The notes under the pieces: generated by a model | Database searches by the model: none | Told to the model about the DNA's origin: nothing | Seen by the model: only the letters and a program-made list of their open reading frames with translations | Part shown: positions 26,547 through 39,992 of the stretch, in pieces | How the letters are laid out: the number at the start of each line of letters is the position of its first letter | Position numbering within the stretch: the stretch's first letter is position 1 | Position numbers and translations under genes: made by a program | DNA from: Octopus vulgaris | Lineage: Eukaryota | Reading direction: 5' to 3' | DNA: 64,000 bases | Assembly (NCBI GenBank): GCA_951406725.2 | Contig: OX597820.1 | Coordinates: 57,722,001 to 57,786,000 of the forward strand

Positions 26547-28174
26547 ATGGTGGTAGTGGTGGTGGTGGCGTTGGTGATGCTGGTGGTGGGGTTCTTTGTA
26601 TATGATATTTACGGCAACGGATTTTCTTATGACTGCTAGAAAGGAAAAAAAAAAAAATTTCAAAGCAAAGCAGCTGTTTGTTTCACATCGAGCCACAAGC
26701 GAATTTGATAAAAGTCTGTGTTGCATTACAATAACGCTATTTTGTACATGAATACAATAACGATGTGGGTATATGTTCTAAAACTTGTTTTAGAATTGTC
26801 TAGAATATCGGAAGCCTTATTATCTGTTGACTACAGAAACAGCAGAAGCAGTTGTAGTTGTTGTCAGGTCAAACGATCAAAGAGAACTATGATCAAAAGC
26901 CTTTTCAATTGTGCCTAATTCGTATATAACTCTTTTTTTCTTTCTCTCTTTAGGTACAGTTGCATCCAAAGAAGGTCCCACCATCCAAACATATTTGTAT
27001 AGATGCAATACATCTATCAAGGATCATATTATGTAACGTGACCCTTTTTTTTTGAAGACAGTAGGGTGTGATTTGAGGGTCATTTGGTTGCTATTTGTAT
27101 CGTACAACACTAGATATTTTGGTATATAAGGTAACATCTGACATGTATTAAGAATAGCAGTTGTTCACTTGTTTTGGTGCATATCTTATTTAAAAGTCTT
27201 GCAACTTATTCTTTCAGTTTCCGTTACCGATCTGCTAAGTTGCAGGGACATAAGCATATCAACTCTGGTTCTAAAAAAGATGAAAGACAAACACATATAC
27301 AAACTGGTACTCCGTTCGGTTACAACAAGGGTTCCAGTTTATCCGATCAACGGAACAGCCTGCTCGTGATATTAACGTGTAAGTGGCTGAGCACTCCACA
27401 GACATGCGTGCCATTAATATAGTTTCTCTGGGAGATTCAGTGTGACACAGAATGTGACAAAGCTGGTCCTTTGAATTACAAGCACTATTCATTTTTTTTG
27501 ACAACTGAGTGGACTAGAGTAACGTAGAATAAAGTGTCTTGCTCAAGGATACAGCACATCACCAAGAATTGAACTCACGACCTTACGACAAGCTACGCGT
27601 CTTCACACATATACAAACGTACACATACGCACGAACCCACCCAAACACATACACACACACACACGATGGGTTTCAACAAACTTTCTGTTTACCAAATTTA
27701 TTCAGAAGGTCATTGGATGACTGGCCGGCTCAGTGCTGATACTTGCCCTAAGGTGCCGCTTTGTGGCATTAAACCCAAAACCACGTGGTTGCCAAGCGAA
27801 ATTCTTAAGAACATAGCTATGCCTACTTCTTATAATCAGAAACATGTTGTAGAATTAGTAAAGTGTCAGAGAAAATTAGGTTTCATTCTTCGGAAATTCC
27901 AAAGAACAAATATTGTAAATGCCATCCCCGATGTCATTCACGACAAAGTATGAGAAGCTATCATCACGCTCATCACCAAGAATGTCACCATTTTTTCTTT
28001 TATATAGGCGCTGCGGTGAGACTTGAGGGAGATACTGACTGCTACTTCTAAAGGATCGAGTGACCATGTTGAGGCTTTATTTTTGGGGTATATTGCTGCT
28101 AGCTGTGTTATACAAACACACATGCACACACATACATACCATATGTAGACACACATATATGTAGATATGTATGC

Positions 28175-28248
<74 letters not shown>

Positions 28249-28269
28249 GTATATATATATATTTATAGA

Positions 28270-28309
<40 letters not shown>

Positions 28310-28399
28310 AATCCAAACGGGAAAACAAAAAAACAACAACAGTGGAACAATTACAGTATTATTATTAATAGGCGCTCAGGAAATATGGAAGCAGGAAGG

Positions 28400-28436
28400 T
28401 ATGACGTTTCGAGCGGAGCTCTTCGTCGGAAACATA
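28400..28436 (-). ncRNA. Minimal hammerhead-like motif with U4C core change
   Basis: TTT-CCGACGA-A-GAGC-TCC-GCTC-GAAA-CG-TC; weak stem I; related decayed copy near 36365-36395. Confidence 0.4.
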
Positions 28437-28718
28437 AAGAAGGAAGAGAGAGGAAAGAAAGATCCCAAAGTGGGCAACAAGAGATGGAGAAAAAAACGAC
28501 TGGTGTTTACGAAGTACACATGGTGAAAGGCGGAAGTTTACGATAACAAGAGCAAAGTAGGTTTTTAAAGCCAAAAGATTGGAGACAGGGTTGGTAACGC
28601 AACAGATGTGTGTGTATGTGTGAGTGTGTGCGTGTGCGTGTGTGTATGTGTGTGTGAGGCGAGATAAAAAAACAAAAAATATATGTATGTGTTAGTGTGT
28701 GCGTCTGTGTGTAGGCGT

Positions 28719-28769
<51 letters not shown>

Positions 28770-28817
28770 ATATATGCGCGCGCACACACACAACACACAC
28801 ACATGCACACACACACA

Positions 28818-28853
<36 letters not shown>

Positions 28854-28855
<2 letters not shown>

Positions 28856-29330
28856 GAGTGCAGTGAATAAATTGTCGTTTAAATTATCAAAAATGAAACT
28901 AACAGATATCTCATGTTAACAAATTTACCAAAATTACACAAAAATATCTTGAAATATCAAAGAATAAAATTATTCAATAAAATCGCCATTGGCTTCAAAC
29001 ACGGCGTCCAGATGATTTCGGAATCTCCTGTAACTCTTCTGGACGGTCTCCTTGTTTAAGTTGGTGAATGCTGCCATAATCCTTGCCTTCAGTTCATCTT
29101 TGGCGTTACAAGGAGTTTTGTTGGTCTCTCGCTCAACTGCGCCCCACACATAATAATCAAGGGGGTTGCAGTCTGGGGAGTTAGGTGGACAGATATTAGG
29201 GGTGTTGTGGTCGCAGAAATTGTCTGACAGCCATGACTGGGTTCTCCTGCTTGTGTAACATGGTTCAGAGTCCTGTTGCCAGACACAGGGTTCTCCAGTA
29301 GCCACCCTCTAGACCTAGGGCAGCATTACC
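28854..29330 (-). mobile_element. 3' fragment of a DD37D (maT-type) Tc1/mariner transposon
   Basis: WQQD..PPNSPDCNPLDYYVWG with 37 residues between the last two Asp; end TA|CAGAGTGCAG at 28852. Confidence 0.85.
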
Positions 29331-29384
29331 TCATTCTGAAAAATCTTCAAGGGCATTTCATACACTGCAATCCAGCAGGAGGAT

Positions 29385-30652
29385 CTTCGATATCATGGAT
29401 TGAAAAAACACTCACTCGCTCCCATGAGCTTATTTTACAGGGAATTTGATAACTACACCTGCATTCGTGTACACGCCTTCACGTGCAATCACGCGCTAAC
29501 GCATTTTATGTACTGCCCACTCACTGACTGCACATTCTGGTACGCAAAGCGACACCGCTATTCAGACTCACTTGAATAAATATCTGTCCCGTATACACTT
29601 CAATGGTCCTCTCTCCTGATATGCAAAATCTTTCCTCAACCATGCGTTACTTGCGCTTCCTCAATCGTTCGTTTCCTTTTCTCGGAACCTCTCTGGAGAG
29701 GGAATGATGTAGTGGCTTCATGCAGGCATAGCATGGATTCGATCCTCGATTGCCAAATTTCACTTAACGGTTCAACAGCACTTTTCTTACGGTAAAACAA
29801 TAGTTTTTGCCAGATGTCTTTGCTAAGCAGAATAATGTTTTTGCCACTTGACCCCTGCTAATCTTTTGTATGCGGTGGAGAGTTAGACTGACAGAACAAT
29901 AGACCTCCCAAAATGCCCATTGTTTGGATAACGGTGTGTCTCCCTTTCTCGCGATCTTTGCGATAATTACATATACAGAAGATTCCCAAGCAAAAGTTAG
30001 TTAGTGAGAACCGAGTTTGGCTGACTGGCTGAACAAGACGCCGTCTCTAAAAGAAAAGGTACGAAGGTACAACTATGGTAACAAAGGCGGCGAGCTGGCA
30101 GAGACGTTAGCACGCTGGGCGAAATGCGTAGCCGTATTTCGTCTGCCGTTACGTTGTGAGTTCAAATTCCGCCGAGGTCGACTTTGCCTTTCATCCTTTC
30201 GGGGTCGATTAATTAAGTACCAGTTACGTACTGGGGTCGATGTAATCGACTTAATACCTATGTCTGTCCTTGTTTGTCCCCTCTATGTTTAGCCCCTTGT
30301 GGGTAGTAAAGAAATAGGTACAACTATGGTAACTCACCAACGAAGCAATTGTTTCGTCCCACCACTCTCACTTTCACTTACCCACTTTCTTTTCTCTGTA
30401 ACATTACCATATCGCTCTTTATATGCTATTATCAGCTCGTGTACACACATACCGGTCGTAATTAACTCTTTTTACCTCGCATGTTTTTCCATTTACTAGT
30501 TATACATTCCAACCCGTCTTGGATACATAAAATGAGTTAACGTGTGATTGTGCGTGAAGGCGTGTACACGAATGCAGGTGCTCGTATCAAAATTCCCTGT
30601 AAAATAAGCTCAGGGAAGCGAGTGAGTGTATTCTCAATCCATGATATCGAAG
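29385..30652. mobile_element. Non-autonomous DNA transposon with ~125-bp imperfect TIRs
   Basis: 29385-29511 matches the reverse complement of 30523-30652; no internal ORF. Confidence 0.75.
30083..30315 (+). mobile_element. SINE family A monomer with 18-bp TSD
   Basis: TSD AGGTACAACTATGGTAAC at 30065-30082 and 30316-30333. Confidence 0.9.
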
Positions 30653-31203
30653 TATATACAAAGTAACGATAAATGAAAATCTCTTTACAACTTCAATCAC
30701 TGTTCTTCTTCCATCTTGCGTACTGGCAAGCAACACCTTAACAACCGTTACAATTGGTGATGGCTCTGACGTTCCATCCAATTGTTTATCAATTATTGTT
30801 TAACCGTTACATATCCATAATAAAATTCTAATTGAGAAATGCAAATTTTTTATTAAAACAAAACACGCAGGTGAAATAAATCTCGTAACGTGAAGAATCG
30901 ACACAAGCCGGTGAAACATAACACAACGTGCGGTTGTCGTGGTAACAAGCTATTAATGCTTGGCTGTCTGTTGATTGGCTAAAATTACCCAAATTTCCCA
31001 ACTTTAATTCCAAATAACACCAGGTTCTTTAATTTACGAGATAAAGTAATTGGTTCATCGTAATCAAAATTCAGAGTTGCATTGATACACCCAAATTGAA
31101 AGCAATCTGAACAAAATTAAAGAGGGCCCATTTTGCGAATGAGAAAAGGTAACTCCACGTGGTTCCTCAATTTAAGTACCTGATTCAACTCAATCTTACG
31201 TAT

Positions 31204-31324
<121 letters not shown>

Positions 31325-31546
31325 TCTATGTATGTATTTGTGTGCCTGTGTTTGTCATCCAGCCATCGCTTGACAACCGATGTTGGTGTGTTTACGTCCC
31401 TGTAAATTATCGGTTCGGCAAAAGAGACCGATACAATAATTACTAGGCTTACAAAGAATAAGTTCTAGCGTCGATTTGTTCGACTAAAGCCCGTACTCCA
31501 GTATGGCTGTAGCCAAATGACTGAAACAAATAAAAGATTAAAAAAT

Positions 31547-31712
31547 ATAGGCGCAGGCGTGGTTGTGCGGTAAGAAGCTTGCTTTCCAACCACACGCTTT
31601 CAGGTTCAGGTCCACTGCATGGCACCTTGCGCAAGTGTCTTCTACTATAGCCTCGGGTCGATCAAAGCGTTGTGAGTGGATTTGGTAGATGGAAACTGAA
31701 AGAAGCCCGTCG

Positions 31713-31745
<33 letters not shown>

Positions 31746-31985
31746 GTATGTATGTATTTACGTCTTTGTGTCTTTGTGTTTGTGCTTGTTTCCCCACCAT
31801 CGCTTGACAACTGATGCTGGTGTGTTTACGTCTCCGTTACTTAGCAGTTCGGTAAAAGAGTCGAGTAGAATAAGCCCTAGGCTTTCAGAGAATAAGTTTT
31901 GGGTCCGATTTCTTCTATTAAAATCCTTTAAGGCTGTGCCGAAGTATGACCGCAGTCAAATGTCAGAAACAAGTAAGAGAATAGA
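31547..31985 (+). mobile_element. SINE family B (preceded by another B tail at ~31330-31540)
   Basis: Match to family B. Confidence 0.8.
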
Positions 31986-32447
31986 AGAATATATATACAC
32001 GCGTGGGCGCGCACGCTCACATACAAATACGTACTTATACATACGCATGCGCAATCCTATAGATAGGAAGCAGTTTTTCGTCAAATATACTCAATTAAAA
32101 GCGTAATTATGTTCAAGTTTGATCCTTTTGATTAAAGAATATTCACATTATTATTACTTTACATTTTCTCTAAAATAATATCATCCCTAAATCCATTAGT
32201 CTGACGTTGCGAGACTTCCAGAATCTCATTTTCAAAATACAGTGTTGCAATGGAGATGTTTCCCATGCGTTTTGCAGCTTGTGGCACGGGAGCTTGGGAA
32301 TAATTGTATAACTAATAAAATCATCAATGCCGGATTAAAAACTGTGTAACTGTTAATTCTTGTAAATATGTTTTTGATGTGATATACTTTGTACGTGCGA
32401 TGTATCCGTGTGTTTAATTTGAGTTTGTATTTTACTTATTAGTAAAT

Positions 32448-32857
32448 CTGGCTGTGTGGTAAGTAGCTTGCTTACCAACCACATGGTTCTGGGTTCAGTC
32501 CCACTGCGTGGCACCTTGGGCAAGTGTCTTCTACTATAGCCTTGGGACGACCAAAGCCTTGTGAGTGGATTTGGTAGACGGAAACTGAAAGAAGCCCGTC
32601 GTATATATGTTTATATATATATGCATGTGTGTGTATATGTTCGTGTGTCTGTGTTTGTTCCCCCCGCCCCCAACATTGCTTGACACCCGATGCTGGTGTG
32701 TTTACGTCCCCGTAACTTAGCGGTTCGGCAAAAGAGTCCGATAGAATAAGAAGTACTAATCTTACAAAGAATAAGTCCAGGGGTCGATTTGCTCGACTGA
32801 AGGCGATGCTTCGGCATGGCCACAGTCAAATGACTGAAACAAATAAAAGAGTAAAAG
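32448..32857 (+). mobile_element. SINE family B
   Basis: Match to family B. Confidence 0.85.
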
Positions 32858-32957
32858 AGTTATTCTCCGCATTCGTTTTTATTCCGTGTAAAATTATAGT
32901 ATTGTTTTCAATCCAGCTACATTTTATGCTGTGTGCGTTATCGATACACACAACCAA

Positions 32958-32994
<37 letters not shown>

Positions 32995-33240
32995 CAATAG
33001 CACACACATACATACATACACACTCTCTACAGTTAAACTCATTCAAGAGATTAGCACATGCACGCCAACACATACACTGCACACAAGCACTAAACACACG
33101 CGATAATTCACAGGCACACACCACACATTATATATGTATATATATATATATATAAATACGCAGATACACAAATGTTCATTACATACACGCGCACAACATC
33201 CAATTAATTCCTTGAGCTTTATTTAGATTCAAAAGGCTAA

Positions 33241-33288
33241 ATACACACAGACACAAACACTACGCACACACTACAAACACCACATACG

Positions 33289-33374
<86 letters not shown>

Positions 33375-33645
33375 GAAACACAATATATACAGACACAAAC
33401 ACTACACACACACTACAAACACCACATACGTATACACACACACACACACGCATACACACACACACACACACACAGAAACACAAAATATACAGACACAAAC
33501 ACTACACACACACTACAAACACCACATACGTATACACACACACACACACATACACACACACACACACACACACAAACAATATATACAGGCACAAACACTA
33601 CACACACACACTACAAACACCACATACGTATACACACACACACGC
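33241..33645. repeat. Compound minisatellite, four units with variable (CA)n
   Basis: CAGACACAAACACTAC..CTACAAACACCACATACGTATA(CA)n x4. Confidence 0.8.
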
Positions 33646-34307
33646 GTGCTACATACTCACCATATGTACACACACATACACACACACATACACACACACG
33701 TACATACACACGTACAAGCAAAGAAAAAGAAGACAATAAGAAACCTCGTCTCCTACAACATGTTCTAAGCTTGCAACTTTTAGTCCTTTGTTTATAACGG
33801 CTATCTCTGTTTCCGGTAGTGGAGAATAAGAATAGGAAATTACGCGTAACCTTAATGAATGGAATGGAATTCTTGTTGTAGATAAATTCCTCATATAAAG
33901 GGGACCACTTTAATCTGACATGGTGGTTTGACAGGTCAATTTCGGAAATTCCCGGTGCGCACAATTTCTCCTGTATAAACGCCAACAGAATGCAAATAGC
34001 TTTTCCTTCAAATGCCATGCATGCATACATAAAAAGACATTTATAAACACACACACACACACAAAAACACACACACATACACACACACACATAAACACAC
34101 ACACATACACACACACTCACACACATATAAACATGCACGCACATACATACACATGTCCTTATTTGTGCGTATATGTATATTTGTGTGCATATATCTATCT
34201 GTATGCACACACACACACATTTATACACACACGCATTTATACACACACACACATATATATATACACATACACGCACCCCCCATATATATATATATACACA
34301 CACACAC

Positions 34308-34347
<40 letters not shown>

Positions 34348-34905
34348 ATACACAGAAGGGACTGCTCTGGGATGAAAATAAGCAAAACCTGCGGTACAGA
34401 ATACCTACACATCAGCACAAGGAAGAACATTCCTATTAAAACTCCCACCATGATAGACTTGATGTAGTTATTTGAGACGCAAAGAAAAAAAAACGCTCAT
34501 GTACAGCCATAGAGGTTAGGCGCTCGGCAGATGTGAACATCCCTTCCAAAATCAATGACACCAAGAATATCCAGGGATAAATACTTCGAAATCCGTGGCT
34601 CTTCTAACTTCATTATACATTTACAATTATGCCAATAACGATTGCTATATATCCCGGTTATGTTAGTCTGTGTTTAAACGAAAATCTAAGAATGTTAGTT
34701 TAAAATGAAGACAAGACCGGCTAATTCGAACTTTATACATATCATCTGTAAAGGGAACAGCAAAAATGTATAAGACTTTCTTAAATTAGTTATGTAACTA
34801 TTATCATCATTGTTATCCAAATTACAGCAATGGAGCTTTCGTTTCTTTGATGGAAATCAACTTCCTCCTTCTAGCAAAAGCATTAGGCATACATACAAAC
34901 ATACA

Positions 34906-34938
<33 letters not shown>

Positions 34939-35440
34939 GGTGGCTGCCCCCTCGTTATCGAGTATGGCCATTACACGAAGCTTAATCAATGTTGTTATCG
35001 CGCAATACCTGTGCAAGAATACTTTTTTTAAAGTGAGGAAAGGCTGTGACCTGAGTCAATCCCACTCACAGCAGCCATAATCCGAAAAGAAGAACAAGTC
35101 AACATCATCGGTAACCACTGAGCCGCAGGTTTTATGTCGGAGTTATCCCAGTTACCTGACTTACCTTCTCCTAGAAGGATGCCCTAACAAAGGCTAGGAT
35201 CCCTTCACTCCCAATGGTTTAACCGCGCGATCGGGTATTCAGTCCGATTATTTCTATGTCCCCGCGCATGATACAGCCTTAAGACATTTATTGGATGGCC
35301 GTTGACTCTCAAGAGTTCCTCTCAAGAGTTCCACCAAGCAAGCTTGGTGGGGTTGCCGGTTTAGTCGCCGGCGACCCTACCATGCAACAGGTTGTACTGG
35401 GTTACATGTTACCAGTAGCACTCGAAAGTGACCTGACATG
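34939..35440 (-). mobile_element. Bipartite non-autonomous RTE derivative in (CATA)n
   Basis: 3' end AAGCTTCGTGTAATGGCCATACTCGATAACGAGGGGGCAG shared with the LINE at 38995-39035; RTE 5'UTR-like CCTAGCC..GGCA..CTAGGAGAAGG; no ORF. Confidence 0.7.
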
Positions 35441-35470
35441 ACATACATACATACATACATACATACACAC

Positions 35471-35540
<70 letters not shown>

Positions 35541-35713
35541 CGACATACTTACATACACAATATTATTCATTTTAGCACCCCAGACAAAATGCTTTCAGGC
35601 CTTGTGTCTATAGTACATAAGATTATTTATAGTTTTATCTATGAGTTATAAGAGTGTGTGAGTATGTGTGTGTGTATGTGTGTGTATACATATATATACA
35701 AAGACATAATGGA

Positions 35714-35756
<43 letters not shown>

Positions 35757-35806
35757 GTTGTCTACACCACCTGTCTTCGTCTTTTGTTTTTTTTTGTGAA
35801 TTCTCC

Positions 35807-35891
<85 letters not shown>

Positions 35892-35919
35892 GTATGGCCA
35901 TTGCACGAAGCTTAACTGT

Positions 35920-36162
35920 TACATTAAAAGGCCTCTAAAAGAAGCAAGTACTAGATACACAAAAGGATAAATTCATGAAATGAAAATCAAAAACGTTTAC
36001 AAACTCAGCTCATCTTGTACTGCAGTACAAGATGAGCTGAGTTTGTAAACGTAACTATTATCATATTCTGAGTTTGTAAACGTTTTTGATTTTCATTTCA
36101 TGAATTTATCCTCCTTTTGTGCATCTAGTACTTGCTTCTTCTTTTAGAGGCCTTTTAATGTA
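35920..36162. repeat. Fold-back element centred on GTACTGCAGTAC, between (TA)n tracts
   Basis: Near-perfect arms, zero spacer at 36022/36023, short internal duplication in the right arm. Confidence 0.85.
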
Positions 36163-36217
36163 CTTATATATGAATAACATATAGTCTAATGACTACTTTG
36201 TCTTTTATTACCCTTTT

Positions 36218-36281
<64 letters not shown>

Positions 36282-36780
36282 GGAGAAAAAAAATCAAAGC
36301 GAGGACGCGGTACATGGCAAAGTATTAATAAGACGCTCAGAAAGTGAAGGAAAGTGTGGTTGCTTTATGTTTCGAGCAAAGCTCTCCTGATGAAACAAGA
36401 AGATATAGGAAAGTCCAAAAGAAAAGGAAGACGGAGGAAAAATCTCCAACAGTCCATGTGTATTAACATTTTGGAATGACCAGAAGTAGATAGACAAAGT
36501 GAAGGTACTTTCTGGGATAGGAGAGAGTGAAGAATGGTTGGTAACTGTGTGTATTTGCGTGTGTGTTCGGTGGCATGTGTGGGTGTGATAGCGTGTGTGG
36601 GTGTGATAGCGTGTGTGTGTGTGTGTGTGGTAGTAACTGAGTGAGTGTGTGTGTGTGTGTGTGTAGTAGTAACTGAGTGAGTGTGTGTGTTTGTGTGCGT
36701 GTGGTGGTGGTGGTGGCATGTGTATGTGTGAGACTGTATGTGTGTATGGTAGCGTGTGTGTGACATGTATATACACGCAC

Positions 36781-36867
<87 letters not shown>

Positions 36868-36885
36868 AATCTATCTATCTATCTA

Positions 36886-36956
<71 letters not shown>

Positions 36957-37342
36957 CTGTCTGTCGATCTGTCTGTGAGTAAGTATACACATGCTTGTAT
37001 GTATAAAAATCATATTTACAGTTATGCGGAATAAAGTACCGTGACATACAATATATATAAGTAGTAACAGCTGCAGAGATGATACAAAACAACAATTGAT
37101 TTAATTTTAGCTGTCAGGAGCAAATCTATTTTACCGGATTATTTTTATATTATGGAGGGATTTAACAGAAATCTGGATGAGTGGCAGATATGCTACAATT
37201 TCGTACTAAATGACTTTCGATGCTTAGTTATGTAAGGAGGATAGACAGACACAAAAGTAGCTTCGAGGCAGCACTCGTAACTTGTTAAGAGTTGTTAGAG
37301 CGTTAAGACAAAATACTTTTCAGAATTTGTTTCAGCTTTTTA

Positions 37343-37785
37343 AGGCGGCGAGCTGGCAGAAACGTTAGCACGCCGGGCGAAATGCTTAGCAGTATCTCGT
37401 CTGCCGCTACGGTTCTGGGTTCAAATTCCAGGCTAGGTCGACTTTGCCTTTCATCCTTTCGAGGTCGATTAAATAAGTACCAGTTACGCACTGGGGTCGA
37501 TATAATCGACTTAATCCGTTTGTCTGTCCTTGTTTGTCCCCTCTGTGTGTCACCCCTTGTGGGCAGTAAAGAAATAAGAAACGTTAGCCGGGCAAAATGC
37601 TTAGCGGCATTTCGTCCGCCTTTACCGTGTAAGTTCAAATTCCACCGGCATCGACTTTGCCTTTCATTCCCTTCGGGGTCGATAAAACGAGTGCTCTAGT
37701 GCTCGATTGGGGGCGGTGTAATCAACTTACCCTCTCCACCACCACCACCCCGAAATTTCAGGCATTGTTTCTATAGTAGAAAAGA
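37343..37785 (+). mobile_element. SINE family A, two-core form
   Basis: Head plus two cores. Confidence 0.8.
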
Positions 37786-38626
37786 ATTTGTTACAGTTCT
37801 GAGTATTTCGACGAGGGCGCGTGGCTTAGTGGTTAGGGTGTTGCACTCACTATCGCAAGATCGTGGTTTCGATTCCCCGGATCGAGTGGTGCTAAGTGTT
37901 CTTGAGCAAAATACTTCATTTCACATTGCTCCAGTTCACCCAGCTGTAAAGGAATAACCCTGAGATGGATCGTCGTCCCACGATGGGTTAACGTTGTGAT
38001 CTCAGTCACTTAAATGCCATGGCAACCGGGTAATCGGCTCTATGAGTCCTAGGACTCGAAATAGTAATGTCTAGGAAATTTACTTCACTGCTATGCAGTC
38101 TGAGTTCAAATCTCACCGAGGTCAGTTTGATTTTCTTCTTTAGGAGTCTTGAAGACCTGGTTCAGAGCGGTGGATTGGCAGTATTTGTTGGAACGGGAAA
38201 CAAGATGCTTTGCGATATATTGGTGGTTCTCTCAGCCTTTTGCGTTTCTGAGTTCTTGTGTGGCACACTTAATCCATCAACTGGTTCAGTACCACCACCT
38301 GGTATTTCGTTGCCTTGTACGTAATTCACTCTGCTCCAATCATTGAGCCCCAGTCAGGACAGTTTTCCTCCCTTACGTCCTCTAGTTTCGGAAACTCCCG
38401 AAAGAAAAAAAATTAGTCACGACTGTTGCCTTATTCTCGACTAAATAGTAAAGAAAAGAAAAGGCAAGGAAATGCTTTGTAGTGACAACCACTGGCAAGT
38501 GTCTTCTGTTGTGGACTCAGGCTTACTGATACATTGAGAATAGAACTTGATAAAAATTGTAGGAGTGACTGTCCTGTATATATTCGCGTGTATGTATGTA
38601 TGTATGTATGTATGTATGTATGTATG

Positions 38627-39040
38627 TTTTGGCATCCTTGAACCCTTCATTCTGACCAGGTGACCACTCCACCTGACATGCAATGTCTGTGCAAGACCCA
38701 GCCTCAGTAAAGCTGGACTCATGAGTCATATTCGTAGTCATAAAACGAGAAAGATGAGTGACAACCTGGCCACTGGTGGTGGTGTAACACACCATACTAA
38801 TCATATCTGTCGGGCATGTGGGAGAGAGTGTAATTCGGCAGGAGGACTTAAACGACATGCAAAGGTACATGAATCCCAGTTACAACTACAGCCGACTATT
38901 ACCAGTAAAGGTTTTAGTTGCCAATTTTGTACAAGACATTGTAGATCTTTAGCTGGGCTAAAAAGTCACATTCGATCACAGCACCAGTAACAGTTAAGCT
39001 TCGTGCAATGGCCATACTCGATAACGAGGGGGCAGTCATA
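38627..39040 (+). mobile_element. 3' end of an RTE-like LINE with three C2H2 zinc fingers and a short 5' inversion
   Basis: In-frame from 38679: CNVC..LMSHIRSH, CRAC..LKRHAKVH, CQFC..LKSHIRSQH, stop at 38990. Inverted 38627-38678 encodes RWSGHLVRMKGSRMPK. (TATG)n flanks. Confidence 0.8.
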
Positions 39041-39120
39041 ATAATGTATGTATGTATGTATGTATGTATGCATGTATGTATGCATTATGTATGTATGTAT
39101 ACATACACACAAACACACAT

Positions 39121-39525
39121 ATACACAAGAGTTAAGGAACGGAGTAAAGATCCAGGTTACATATGTTTCATAGCAAACGGAACCTTAGAAGTGGTAAATA
39201 TCCAAGCTAGGTGTATACCGTTGGCTACTCATCCGGTCAAAGATATCTTGACTAAATGAAAGTTTACATTGTCGCTATGAGGTACTTGTTAACACATGGA
39301 ATATTCTCCACTCTTATTGTGCTCGCTACACATTCTGATAGCTTCTTGCACGTGTTAAGAAGTACCTCCTGTGACAATGTAAACCTTCATTCAATCAAGA
39401 TACCCTTGGTCTGACAAGTAGCCTGGGGTATACACCTCGCTTGGATATTTACCACTTCTGAGGTTTCGCTCGCTATGAAACATGTAGCCCAGAATTTATC
39501 TACTGTGTTCCTTAACTCTTGTATA
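39121..39525. mobile_element. Old fold-back element (~170-bp diverged arms), a decayed hammerhead in each arm
   Basis: Right arm GGT-CTGACAA-GTAGC..GCTAT-GAAA-CATG-TA-GCC (39408-39489); left arm (-) GAC-CGGATGA-GTAGC..GCTAT-GAAA-CATATG-TA-ACC (39155-39238). Confidence 0.75.
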
Positions 39526-39721
39526 CTTATTCGCATACCCGGCAACCTAGGTCATCTACTGTAAAATATAAATAAGAACTTTCTTCAGTTTATCATACTT
39601 CGATACGAAAAAGTTCACAACCTTCCGTCTCAATAAACCACTATTGTCCCTGAAAGTTGTCTTCAATATTTACTACGGATTGCTTGAAGCTAACTTTTTT
39701 CCTACACCTCGATCCTTAGAT

Positions 39722-39791
<70 letters not shown>

Positions 39792-39950
39792 TCGCCATAC
39801 TAATATGGCATTCTTATAAAAATAAGAATAAAGCTGTCCGCTTATTAGCTCCATGAGGCCATCGCCTTAAGTTAGCTATTTGATACACAAACTGTATCCA
39901 TATAACCTTTGAACAAGGGAGGTCAGTCGCTCCACACTACTTGGCCGGCA

Positions 39951-39992
39951 GCTACAGACGCGTTTCGGGGTATTGCCCCTTTTCAATGCAGC
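39951..39992 (-). ncRNA. Minimal type I hammerhead, U3-A8 variant (mirror copy)
   Basis: Exact reverse complement of 40473-40514. Confidence 0.75.

Noticed and set aside
26930-26990. Polypyrimidine tract plus AG (possible splice acceptor)
   Set aside because: No supporting exon ORF or donor identified
33720-34020. Unique ~100-codon stretch inside ORF 33611-34345
   Set aside because: No recognisable domain or clear splice signals; ORF length comes from flanking (TG)n
34355-34470. Possible GIY-YIG endonuclease remnant ([10 protein letters not shown])
   Set aside because: Similarity too short and lacks the YIG motif
38721-38990. Host C2H2 zinc-finger gene
   Set aside because: Adjacent RT-associated motif and a 3' tail shared with other repeats indicate a LINE C-terminus
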